A stretch of 64,000 nucleotides of DNA from Flavobacteriales bacterium (GTDB lineage: Bacteria > Bacteroidota > Bacteroidia > Flavobacteriales_G > JALEGO01), in assembly GCA_020628935.1 (NCBI GenBank), contig JAHDEG010000004.1, positions 85,893 through 149,892 on the forward strand, given 5' to 3'. The notes beneath the pieces were generated by a model. It saw only the letters and a program-made list of their open reading frames with translations. It did no database searches and was not told the origin of the DNA. Positions 1 to 8,836 of the stretch are shown one piece after another. The position numbers and the translations under genes were made by a program. Each line of letters starts with the position of its first letter. The stretch's first letter is position 1.

Positions 1-1
1 A

Positions 2-2701
2 GCAATAGGCACCTACACATCTTTAGGCTTGCCAATAAATGACGGAATCGTATTTAGCACAGGCTTAGCAGATGAAATCATCCAACTAAACACAGAAGTA
101 GATAACTCCTTTGATTATGGGACTGGTGGCGATTTTCAATTAGATGCACTAGCCGGTTTCTCAACTTACGATGCTTGTGTTTTAGAAATTGATTTTCAAT
201 TGCAGTGTGACGAATTAAACTTTAACTACCTTTTTGCCTCAGAAGAGTTTTTACCAGAATATTATGACAAAGGGTTTAATGATGTATTTGCATTTTTTTT
301 AACGGGACCTAATCCTGCGGGAGGAAGTTACAACAACACCAATCTTGCACTAATTCCCGGAACCAACACCCCAATATCAGTTCAAACAATTAATCCTACC
401 ATCAACGACCAATATTTTAACAATAACGCTGGCAACATTTTCGAATTTGGAGGATTTACAGATAGATTTAACGTAAACACACCAGTTCAAAGATGCACAG
501 ATTATACGCTAAAGATAGCTATAGCAGATGGTACAGATCACATTTTTGACTCAGGTGTATTCTTCGAAACCAATACAGTTAATTGCTCAGATGCAATTGA
601 AGTTGAAAACGAAAGCATTGATGTAGGAATTGAAAATTGCAGAAATCCTTCCGTAACATTTTGCCGACAGCAAAACATTGCAGATCCGTACGATATTGAA
701 ATTGAGCTATTCGGATCGGCAGAAAATGGAGTTGACTATGATTTAATTGCAAATACTGTTACCGTCCCTGCCGGACAAAATTGTTTTCAGCTCAACTTCA
801 ACCTGATAAACGATAACATACCTGAAGGTACGGAAGAAATAAAACTAAGGTATAAAACAGGAGCTTGCGATTACTATGACACCTTAACCATACAAATTAC
901 TGATCCATTCTTTATTAATGGAGGCAGTAACGATTCAACCTGTTTTGGCACGCCAATAAACATAGGTATAACAGCACAAAATAACATTACTTATGAATGG
1001 CAACCGCTTGCAGATTTCACTAACAACCTAATGGCAAGCCCTACTGTAAACGACAATAATGATCTCGGAATAACCACAGTTAAAACATATACTTTAAAAG
1101 CCGATAGTGCAGGGTGTATAGCTACCGATGCGATACAGATAACTTACTTTCCGGCACCAACCGCTGATTTTCAAGTAGATGATAATTGCCTAGGAAATAC
1201 AGTTGAATTAGTGAATAACAGCACTTCAAATCTTACAACTCCAGCTACATATTACTGGACATTCGGTAATGGCATTGCAGACACACTAACCAACCCAGAA
1301 ACAGAATACCTTTTTGAAGGATTTTACGATATTGAATTGGAAGTCACTAATCAACAAGGATGTAAAGCTAGTACCACCCAAGAAATAGAAATCTGGGGGC
1401 TACCAACAGTAGATTTTGAGGTCTCCGATGTTTGTTTAGGTGAACCTAGTATGTTTACTGACCAAACTCAAACTTTGGCAGGAGACCCAATTGCTTCATG
1501 GCTATGGACTTTACCAACAGATGCAGGAACACAGAATTTTATAACAGAAAATTTTGAGTATCAATACAGCAGCATTGGCATTAAAAACGTAACTCTTATT
1601 GTCTCCACACAAAATGGTTGTATAGGTGTTAAAGAAAAAAACATTTTTATTAAACCTATTCCAGAAGTCAACTTCACCATTACAAATAGTTGTATAAATA
1701 AAAGCACAAACTTTAATGATTTATCATTTGTATCAATTGGTAATATTGTGCAATGGGATTGGAATTTCAATGGGGAAGGAACCTCAAATATTAAAAATGC
1801 GAGTTATTCTTTCAACACACCAGGAATTAAACAAATTGAACTTACTGTAGAATCTTCTAACGGATGCTCAAACATGCAAACACTACCAGTAACAATATAT
1901 GAAAACCCAATAGCAGATTTTACGACAGAAAAGTTCGAATTTTGCAGTGGCAGTTGTGTTAACTTTACTAACCTATCTTCAGATATTTACGGTGAACTCA
2001 GCTATAACTGGGATTTCGATAGAAGTGGCTTGGCCTTTGATAAAGATGCAACGTATTGTTTTGAAGAAGAAGGCTCTTTCAATGTTATGCTAGAAGTTTC
2101 AAATATTTTTAATTGCAAAAGCACATTTGAATTACCACAACCAATCATCATAAAAGAACGGCCTACAGCAGGTTTTTATTTCGATGACGATGAAATAAAT
2201 AATTCATCAGCTGCAGGTGTTACAATTTTTAATTCATCCTCTAGTGATGTAATAAAATGGAAGTGGAATATTGAGGATATATTTGAGGAAACAAAGCTCA
2301 ATGGTTCGCCAATCAACTACTTTTTCCCAACATCAGGTATATTTAACACGAGTTTAATTGTTGAATCAGCAAATGGATGTTCAGACACAACAACTAGAGC
2401 AATAAACGTAGCTAAAAATTATATTGCTTTTATTCCTAATGCTTTTACGCCAGGTGATGCCGACAGGTTAAACACTTTGTTTTACCCTGTTTTAAATATT
2501 AACAGTAGTGAGAGATATACAATGAGTATATACAACCGTTGGGGAGATAGAGTGTTTCATACAGAAAACTCTGAAAAATGGGACGGGACAGACTTGAGGA
2601 ACCGAGAAGCAAAAATGGGTGTGTATAACTATATAATTATCATTAAAGACGCTAATGAAAACGAATTAGATTATAGAGGGTCAGTAACTTTAATTAGATA
2701 A
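2..2701 (+). CDS. T9SS type B cargo protein (5' partial): choice-of-anchor-L-like N-terminal domain, Calx-beta-like domain, PKD repeats, gliding-motility-associated C-terminal domain
   Basis: The frame is open to the window edge (no stop in codons 2-28), so the true start lies upstream. The N-terminus (GIVFSTG...NFNYLFASEEF...NDVFAFFLTGP...GGFTDRF...ADGTDHIFDSGVFFE) resembles choice-of-anchor L. GVDYDL...VTVPAGQ...NDNIPEGTEE is Calx-beta-like. There are many ~85-aa PKD-like repeats (W.F..G..S...NP...F...G.Y.V.L.V....GC). The C-terminus (IPNAFTPGDADRLNTLF...YNRWGDRVF...WDGT...GVYNY...GSVTLIR) is a type B sorting domain. Confidence 0.8.
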   Translation, partial: AIGTYTSLGLPINDGIVFSTGLADEIIQLNTEVDNSFDYGTGGDFQLDALAGFSTYDACVLEIDFQLQCDELNFNYLFASEEFLPEYYDKGFNDVFAFFLTGPNPAGGSYNNTNLALIPGTNTPISVQTINPTINDQYFNNNAGNIFEFGGFTDRFNVNTPVQRCTDYTLKIAIADGTDHIFDSGVFFETNTVNCSDAIEVENESIDVGIENCRNPSVTFCRQQNIADPYDIEIELFGSAENGVDYDLIANTVTVPAGQNCFQLNFNLINDNIPEGTEEIKLRYKTGACDYYDTLTIQITDPFFINGGSNDSTCFGTPINIGITAQNNITYEWQPLADFTNNLMASPTVNDNNDLGITTVKTYTLKADSAGCIATDAIQITYFPAPTADFQVDDNCLGNTVELVNNSTSNLTTPATYYWTFGNGIADTLTNPETEYLFEGFYDIELEVTNQQGCKASTTQEIEIWGLPTVDFEVSDVCLGEPSMFTDQTQTLAGDPIASWLWTLPTDAGTQNFITENFEYQYSSIGIKNVTLIVSTQNGCIGVKEKNIFIKPIPEVNFTITNSCINKSTNFNDLSFVSIGNIVQWDWNFNGEGTSNIKNASYSFNTPGIKQIELTVESSNGCSNMQTLPVTIYENPIADFTTEKFEFCSGSCVNFTNLSSDIYGELSYNWDFDRSGLAFDKDATYCFEEEGSFNVMLEVSNIFNCKSTFELPQPIIIKERPTAGFYFDDDEINNSSAAGVTIFNSSSSDVIKWKWNIEDIFEETKLNGSPINYFFPTSGIFNTSLIVESANGCSDTTTRAINVAKNYIAFIPNAFTPGDADRLNTLFYPVLNINSSERYTMSIYNRWGDRVFHTENSEKWDGTDLRNREAKMGVYNYIIIIKDANENELDYRGSVTLIR

Positions 2702-2705
2702 TACT

Positions 2706-5447
2706 ATGAATATTACTGTACAAAATATAACCCCACTATTTGCTCTTATACTTTTTACAACAAATCTTAATTCACAATGCCCAAATATAGACTTCTCACA
2801 AAATAATTTTGGAGGTTGGTACGGTGAATGTACTGAATATATGAGTCAAGGAGGAACAGTTTTCGCTTCTGGCTTACCCCCTTTTGTAGGTTATAATGAT
2901 AGACATCAATTATTTGATGCACCAGTTCTTGATCCTAATGCGTGTCTAAATATCCCCTCAACACCTCCACATGGTGGAGTTGCTGCCAGACTAGGAAATC
3001 CTGATGTTGGGTGGATGATAGATGAACTAGAATATACAATAGATGTAAGTCCAGAAAATAATTTATTACTATACCACTTTGCGGCCATACTTGAAGAGCC
3101 AGATAATTGTAATGGAGGAGGAGGAGGAAATGGCCACAGTGACGTAAATAGGCCCAAATTTAGAGTAGAAGTTCAAGATTTTGTAACAGGAGCAACCATA
3201 AATGGAAACTGTGGAGTTTATGAGGAATTTGCTGATCCTGATTCAGACAACCTTAGGTTTTGTCAAAACTCATGCTCTTATTATAGATCTTGGACAACCA
3301 TTGGTATAGACCTTAGAGCATACGAAAATTTGGCTCCACCAAACAATAGAGTTGTACTTAAATTTAGAACAGAAGACTGTGGCCAAGGCGGACACTTTGG
3401 TTACGCATACGTACAAGCAGAATGTAGAAAACTAGATATTAGAGCTACTTTTTGTGAAAATGAAAATTCTGCTCTACTTTCGGCACCTGATGGTTTTGAT
3501 TATTTGTGGGATAATGGAGAAACAACTCAAACTATTCAGTTAGATAATGCAGTCTCTGGTCAGGTAGTATCTGTTGATCTCATTACACCACAGGGATGCG
3601 TTTCCACAATAAGCAAAACTCTTCAACCTGTAACTGTTAATGGGGATTATATTGCTTCAAACCTACAGGTTTGTTTGGGCGAAAGTATAGACTTTTCAGA
3701 TATTTCTACTGCACAGAACTTAGCTACCGGAACACCAGAAGATATAACTGAGTGGTACTGGGATTTTGATAACGGCACAACATCAATTAATCAACAAGAA
3801 TCTATCACATTTGAGGATCCAGGGACTTATAATGTTTCTTTAACCGTGACAGCCGAAAACGGATGTACACAAACCATTACGAAATCTATTTTTGTAAATC
3901 CAATACCATCCATAGAAATTGTTGTTGAAAACAAATGCCCTAACACACCATTACAGCTTGGCGTCAATATAGTTTTTCAAGGAGCAAATATCCAATCATA
4001 CGAATGGGATTTTGATGATCCTAATTCTCCCAATAATTCTTCGAACCTACAAGAACCTACACACATTTACAATACCGCTGGAAATTATTCTCCAACATTG
4101 ACAGCTACAACAGATAAAGGCTGTAATGTAGTTACATCTAATAACTTAGTAATTTTTGATCCACCCCAGTCAAACTTTGAATTTGAAAACAATTGTGCAG
4201 GTAGCAATACGCTTTTTACCGATTTATCAACTACACCGGTAGGTACTGTAATTGAATCTTGGAGCTGGAATTTTGATGATAACGGACAGCTTTTTTTAAG
4301 TCAAAATGCCTACTACTCATTTAGTGACACAGGAATTTATGAAGTTTCGTTAATCACAGAAAATAATGATGGCTGTGTTGATACCGCAATCATTGATGTT
4401 CTTATTAACGGAATAAACACTGATTTTTCATTTGATGAAGTTTGCTATAATCAAGTAACAAATTTCGTAAACACAAGCGATCAATCAAGTATTGAGTGGG
4501 AATGGCAAACAGCAGGAACAACCATCTCAAATATTGAAAATCCTTCATACTTATTTCCTTACCCCGGATTTCATGAAGTAACATTTACGGCTTCAACTTC
4601 TGAAGGATGTAGCGATGAGATTTCTAAGTTTGTTTATGTTAAAAATAATCCGTCCACCAACTTTCAGGCAGATATTTATGAAGGATGCTCAGAGTTATGT
4701 GTAAACTTTGAAGACTTAACTAACAGTAACAACCCTATTGATAATTGGACTTGGTTTTTTGATGATAAAGAGGTTGACACTCAAAACCCAAACTACTGTT
4801 TCACCAATGCTGGGTATTATGATATAACGCTAATCACTACGTCAGAAGAAGGATGTTCAGACACATTGAAAAGAGACGATTTCATACTTGTCTATCCTAA
4901 TGTAACTGCAGATTTTGGCTACTTACCAAATGAAGTATACAGCAATAATCCTCTAGTAGATTTTGAAAATTATTCTTTGGGAGCAACAAAGTATCAATGG
5001 AATTTTGATTTTTTGGGATCTTCGTCAGAAGAAAACCCACAATTTAACTTTCCCTTTGATGTTTCTAATACATATGAAATACGTTTAGTAGCAGCCAACG
5101 ACAGTAACTGTGTTGACACTGCGTATAAAGAATTGAAAGTTATAGGTGTGTTTCAATTTGATATACCAAATACATTTACGCCTAATAACGATCAATTAAA
5201 CGATATTTTCATTCCGGCTATATCAGGAGCAGATAAAGAAAACTATCAATTTTCAATTTTTGATAGATGGGGAAATATTATTTTTGAAACTCAGAACCTA
5301 AATGAAGGTTGGGATGGAAAAATAAAAGAAAAAGACATTAAACAAGACGTTTATGTATGGCAAGTAGAAGTAGACGAGCGAGACGCAGATAAAAGCCATG
5401 TTTTTAATGGTCATGTTACTGTACTATATCCAAATGCTCTAAAATAA
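2706..5447 (+). CDS. T9SS type B cargo protein: Cys-rich N-terminal domain of unknown function, PKD repeats, gliding-motility-associated C-terminal domain
   Basis: 913-aa ORF starting 5 nt after the previous stop. The signal peptide ends ...NLNS|QCP. About 7 PKD-like repeats (WDFD.G..S...NP.H.Y...G.Y...L......GC). The C-terminus is IPNTFTPNNDQLNDIF...FDRWGNIIFE...GWDG...DVYVW...GHVTVLY. Confidence 0.8.
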   Translation: MNITVQNITPLFALILFTTNLNSQCPNIDFSQNNFGGWYGECTEYMSQGGTVFASGLPPFVGYNDRHQLFDAPVLDPNACLNIPSTPPHGGVAARLGNPDVGWMIDELEYTIDVSPENNLLLYHFAAILEEPDNCNGGGGGNGHSDVNRPKFRVEVQDFVTGATINGNCGVYEEFADPDSDNLRFCQNSCSYYRSWTTIGIDLRAYENLAPPNNRVVLKFRTEDCGQGGHFGYAYVQAECRKLDIRATFCENENSALLSAPDGFDYLWDNGETTQTIQLDNAVSGQVVSVDLITPQGCVSTISKTLQPVTVNGDYIASNLQVCLGESIDFSDISTAQNLATGTPEDITEWYWDFDNGTTSINQQESITFEDPGTYNVSLTVTAENGCTQTITKSIFVNPIPSIEIVVENKCPNTPLQLGVNIVFQGANIQSYEWDFDDPNSPNNSSNLQEPTHIYNTAGNYSPTLTATTDKGCNVVTSNNLVIFDPPQSNFEFENNCAGSNTLFTDLSTTPVGTVIESWSWNFDDNGQLFLSQNAYYSFSDTGIYEVSLITENNDGCVDTAIIDVLINGINTDFSFDEVCYNQVTNFVNTSDQSSIEWEWQTAGTTISNIENPSYLFPYPGFHEVTFTASTSEGCSDEISKFVYVKNNPSTNFQADIYEGCSELCVNFEDLTNSNNPIDNWTWFFDDKEVDTQNPNYCFTNAGYYDITLITTSEEGCSDTLKRDDFILVYPNVTADFGYLPNEVYSNNPLVDFENYSLGATKYQWNFDFLGSSSEENPQFNFPFDVSNTYEIRLVAANDSNCVDTAYKELKVIGVFQFDIPNTFTPNNDQLNDIFIPAISGADKENYQFSIFDRWGNIIFETQNLNEGWDGKIKEKDIKQDVYVWQVEVDERDADKSHVFNGHVTVLYPNALK

Positions 5448-5453
5448 GGCCAA

Positions 5454-6248
5454 CTAATTCAGCCCAAACAAGTCCATTGCATTTTTAGTAGTAATTTCAG
5501 ACACAGTATCTATAGAAATCTGTTTAACATCAGCTAGTTTATGAGCCACATAAGTTAAATAACTACTCTCATTTACCTTACCCCTATGCGGTGTTGGTGC
5601 CAAATATGGAGAGTCGGTTTCAAGCATTAAATGTTCCACAGGTATTTTTTTAACTACCTTATCTAAACCTGACTTTTTAAACGTGAGTACTCCTCCAATA
5701 CCAATTTTAAACCCCCCATAATTTATAATTTTTTCGGCTTGTTCAATCGATCCAGTAAAACAATGAAAAACTCCTTTTAGGCTTTCACTATTTAAATCGT
5801 CAATAACCTCAAAAATCTCATTAAAAGAATCTCGAGCGTGTATAATTATTGGCAAGCCTAATTCTTTAGCCCAATTAATCTGAATTTTAAACGCTTCAAC
5901 TTGTTCATTAACTAATGTTTTGTCCCAGTACAAATCAATTCCTATTTCGCCAATGGCACAAAATGATTGCTCACTACTAAATAATGATTGTTTCATTACA
6001 TTTAAAACCTCCTCAAAATCTTTCCCCACAGAACAAGGATGTAAGCCCATTGTGGGATAACAGATGTTTGGATACTTTTTGGTTAAACTTAGCATAGACT
6101 CTACACTATCTAAATCTATATTAGGCAGCACAAAACGCTCAACTCCATTATCTTTTGCTCTTTGAATAACTTCATCAACATGCCCTGTAAATTTTTCAGA
6201 AAATAAGTGTGTGTGTGAGTCTATTAACATAAATTCAAGTTTTTTCAA
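5454..6248 (-). CDS. TatD-family metal-dependent hydrolase (DNase-like)
   Basis: Motifs IDSHTHL, GLHP, GEIGIDLYW, IIHARD, HCFTG and ETDSPYLAP appear in the canonical order for the TatD/YcfH family. Length is 264 aa. Confidence 0.85.
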   Translation of the reverse strand: MKKLEFMLIDSHTHLFSEKFTGHVDEVIQRAKDNGVERFVLPNIDLDSVESMLSLTKKYPNICYPTMGLHPCSVGKDFEEVLNVMKQSLFSSEQSFCAIGEIGIDLYWDKTLVNEQVEAFKIQINWAKELGLPIIIHARDSFNEIFEVIDDLNSESLKGVFHCFTGSIEQAEKIINYGGFKIGIGGVLTFKKSGLDKVVKKIPVEHLMLETDSPYLAPTPHRGKVNESSYLTYVAHKLADVKQISIDTVSEITTKNAMDLFGLN

Positions 6249-6306
6249 AGGTACAACGCTTGGTTTAATTTATGATAGGTAGAATTAAATACCTTTACAC
6301 GTATAA

Positions 6307-8538
6307 ATGAACACATTAAATTACAGATCGTATTCTCTAGGTTGTAATACTATTTTAATAGTGTCATTATCCCCTATTTTGTTTGACCTATTTTATGATT
6401 TGTTTAATCCTACAAATAATTCATTTGATAATATTCTACTGCTAAAACATAACTTAAAAATAGTTTTACCAGTAGTTGCTTCTATAATAACTGCATCAAT
6501 TCCCTTGTATTTTTTATCAAAAAAATGGAGTAAAGTTTACTTCGGTTTGCTTATTCTTATAATAGGTTTGCCAGCATTAATCGATTTTGGACATTGTTTA
6601 ATATACCATAATCGATTAATGCCTTCCTCTATTTACAGCATTCTGGAATCCAACTCCACAGAAACAAAAGAGTTTGTAACCAACTACAGTACTTGGCGTT
6701 TTCTATTACAAATTGTATCACTATTTGGATGCACTTACCTTTTAAGGCTAACTACTAAATTTATCGGCTACAAAACATCTTCCTTCGTATTAATAATTAT
6801 AGGTTTAACCTGTTTTATCCTACCAAAAATAAAACCCTCATTAAGCTGGGAGAATGAATTATCGAGCATAAAGCTTATAAATACGTATCAAGAATATAAA
6901 AATGAGTTAGAGTTATTAAAAGAGAAAAAAGAGATATCCTTACCGCTCAATAAAGTAAATGATAAAGAAGAAACTATTGTTATAGTAATTGGAGAGTCCA
7001 CCAGTGCGAAACACATGCAGTTATATGGCTATAATGAACCAACTACCCCTGAATTAAGTAAGATAAAAGATGAACTATATATTTTTAAAAATGTACACAC
7101 TGAGTATGTACATACCATTGAATCATTAAAAAAAGTACTGCTATTTGAAAACGAAAATGATAAAACCAACATTATAAATCATTTGAATAATGCAGGGTAT
7201 GAAACCTTCTGGATTAGTAACCAAGCTTATTTTGGCAAACACGAAACATTAATATCTACAATAGCAAATCGAGCAGATCACAAAATATTTACAAATAAAA
7301 AAAAGTATGATGGATGGATGTTAAATCCATTAGTTAAAACATTAAAAAACCCTGCTCAAAAAAAAGTGATTTTTGTTCACTTAATAGGGGCTCACCTACC
7401 CTACCAGAATAGATATCCGTTAGAGTTTAAGAAAATCAAAAACACAAATACAAACATACCCTTAACTGATGAACAGCTAAACACATTAAACCATTACGAC
7501 AATGCTATTTTATACAATGATTATGTTATAAAATCAGTAATTGATTCCGTTAAAAAAAACTCCAAAAACTCTGCTTTAATTTATTTTTCTGACCATGGGG
7601 ATGAAGTATATGACTTCAGGGATTTTCATGGGCATCAACAATCACTAAAATCTGAGTATATGACACACGTTCCTCTAATTATGTGGTTTAGTGAAAAATA
7701 TAAAGCAAATAATCCTCTCTTAAACACAACTATTTTTAACTCGCTAAGAAAACCATTAAAACTCTCTGACCTTAAATTTAAAATATTTGAGTTATTGCAA
7801 ATGCCTATTATAAAATCACCTGATTACAATGTGTATATTAATCGCAAAAACACCAACACAAATAGCATAATTTGTGAAGGATGGAATTATTTCCCTGATT
7901 TCAAAAGTAAAATAGGATGCCATAGAGTTAACAGCATTGAAAGATTAAAAGATGTAATAAATGCATTTGATGCTATCGAAATTGATGTTGTGTTCAGCAA
8001 CGGAAAATTTGATGTAAGACATCCTCCAGAAACATCAATTTCTTTAACTCTAGAACAAATTATAAGCTCGACCAGCTTTAAGCAAATGAATTATTTTTGG
8101 TTGGATATAAAAAATCTCAACAATTCTAATAAAGAAGATATTGGCCTAAGACTTGATCAAATTTGTGGAAAGAAAAAAATAAAAGATAAATTAATTATTG
8201 AATCACAAAACTGCATTTCGCTAGCTCATTTAGGGCAGAATGGATACTATACCTCATATTATCTACCAGACTTTTCAAAACTTAACTCAGACTCAGTAAA
8301 TTCGATTGCAAATAAAGTAGTAGACAATATTATAACATTTAAGCCGAATGCAATTTCTCAAAGTGTAGATAACTATGTATTTCTTAAAAAAAACTTCCCT
8401 AAATATCCTAAGTTAATATGGAGTTTAAAACAAGATTATCGCAATTCAATTGAAAAGCAAAAACTAATTCATTTTGCTAATAAAGACAGTTCTTTAAAGT
8501 GTCTCTTGGTGAGATATGACAGTAAAAATTGGAGATAG
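6307..8538 (+). CDS. Membrane-anchored sulfatase-superfamily phosphoethanolamine-transferase-like enzyme fused to a C-terminal PLC/GDPD/SMaseD-like phosphodiesterase domain
   Basis: There are about 5 N-terminal TM helices. The alkaline-phosphatase-superfamily motifs follow in EptA/MCR order: VIVIGESTSAKHMQLYGY..PTTPEL, HLIGAHLPYQNRYP, YFSDHGDE. An extra ~210-aa C-terminal domain starts near CHRVNSIERLKDVINAFDAIEIDVVFSNGKFDVRH (from about nt 7918). It resembles the H-x-x-N ... E-x-D signature of PLC-like phosphodiesterase TIM barrels. Confidence 0.65.
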   Translation: MNTLNYRSYSLGCNTILIVSLSPILFDLFYDLFNPTNNSFDNILLLKHNLKIVLPVVASIITASIPLYFLSKKWSKVYFGLLILIIGLPALIDFGHCLIYHNRLMPSSIYSILESNSTETKEFVTNYSTWRFLLQIVSLFGCTYLLRLTTKFIGYKTSSFVLIIIGLTCFILPKIKPSLSWENELSSIKLINTYQEYKNELELLKEKKEISLPLNKVNDKEETIVIVIGESTSAKHMQLYGYNEPTTPELSKIKDELYIFKNVHTEYVHTIESLKKVLLFENENDKTNIINHLNNAGYETFWISNQAYFGKHETLISTIANRADHKIFTNKKKYDGWMLNPLVKTLKNPAQKKVIFVHLIGAHLPYQNRYPLEFKKIKNTNTNIPLTDEQLNTLNHYDNAILYNDYVIKSVIDSVKKNSKNSALIYFSDHGDEVYDFRDFHGHQQSLKSEYMTHVPLIMWFSEKYKANNPLLNTTIFNSLRKPLKLSDLKFKIFELLQMPIIKSPDYNVYINRKNTNTNSIICEGWNYFPDFKSKIGCHRVNSIERLKDVINAFDAIEIDVVFSNGKFDVRHPPETSISLTLEQIISSTSFKQMNYFWLDIKNLNNSNKEDIGLRLDQICGKKKIKDKLIIESQNCISLAHLGQNGYYTSYYLPDFSKLNSDSVNSIANKVVDNIITFKPNAISQSVDNYVFLKKNFPKYPKLIWSLKQDYRNSIEKQKLIHFANKDSSLKCLLVRYDSKNWR

Positions 8539-8836
8539 TGCTAATATGTTTTTTTTCCTTTCAAATAAAAATCATAAATAATAGATCGTTTATTTAGCGG
8601 TACATACTTAGTTTCTTGACTACCTATAGTTTTCAAAAAAGAGACGTAAAATGAAAAATAAGCCTTAATGATAGCATAATACAAAGCAAACTTATCTTCG
8701 GTTAAAAATTTCACTCCAGCAATACCATCCAAAATCATTCTAAGTTTGATTAGACTGAATAATTTTTAGAACACTTGATCTAGAAAAATCAGCACTTTTT
8801 GTTATGCTAATTTATACCAACTTCAACCTACACGAA

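Noticed and set aside
3115-3129. A (GGA)5 trinucleotide run inside the 2706-5447 CDS and T8/A8 homopolymers near gene starts (for example 47087-47094 and 10538-10545) were considered as possible slipped-strand phase-variation switches.
   Set aside because: The triplet repeat is in frame, so it changes only the Gly count. 8-nt A/T runs are frequent throughout this AT-rich sequence, and none lies inside a reading frame where a length change would toggle expression.
6294-6308. An exact 15-mer, TTTACACGTATAAAT (near-palindrome around ACGT), is shared between the start region of the 6307 gene and the divergent promoter region at 25395-25409.
   Set aside because: One 15-nt match within 64 kb of AT-rich sequence is about what chance predicts. 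The two copies sit at very different distances from their start codons (overlapping the ATG versus about 55 nt upstream). I found no third copy.
8541-8738. A 65-aa minus-strand ORF (MILDGIAGVKF...AIIKAYFSFY...RSIIYDFYLKGKKTY) lies in a 300-nt gap. It vaguely resembles the extreme C-terminus of Bacteroidota family-2 glycosyltransferases, so it may be a gene remnant.
   Set aside because: The resemblance rests on memory only. An in-frame stop lies about 10 codons upstream, so no longer reading frame can be reconstructed. A BLASTP or tBLASTn search would be needed before calling it a pseudogene.
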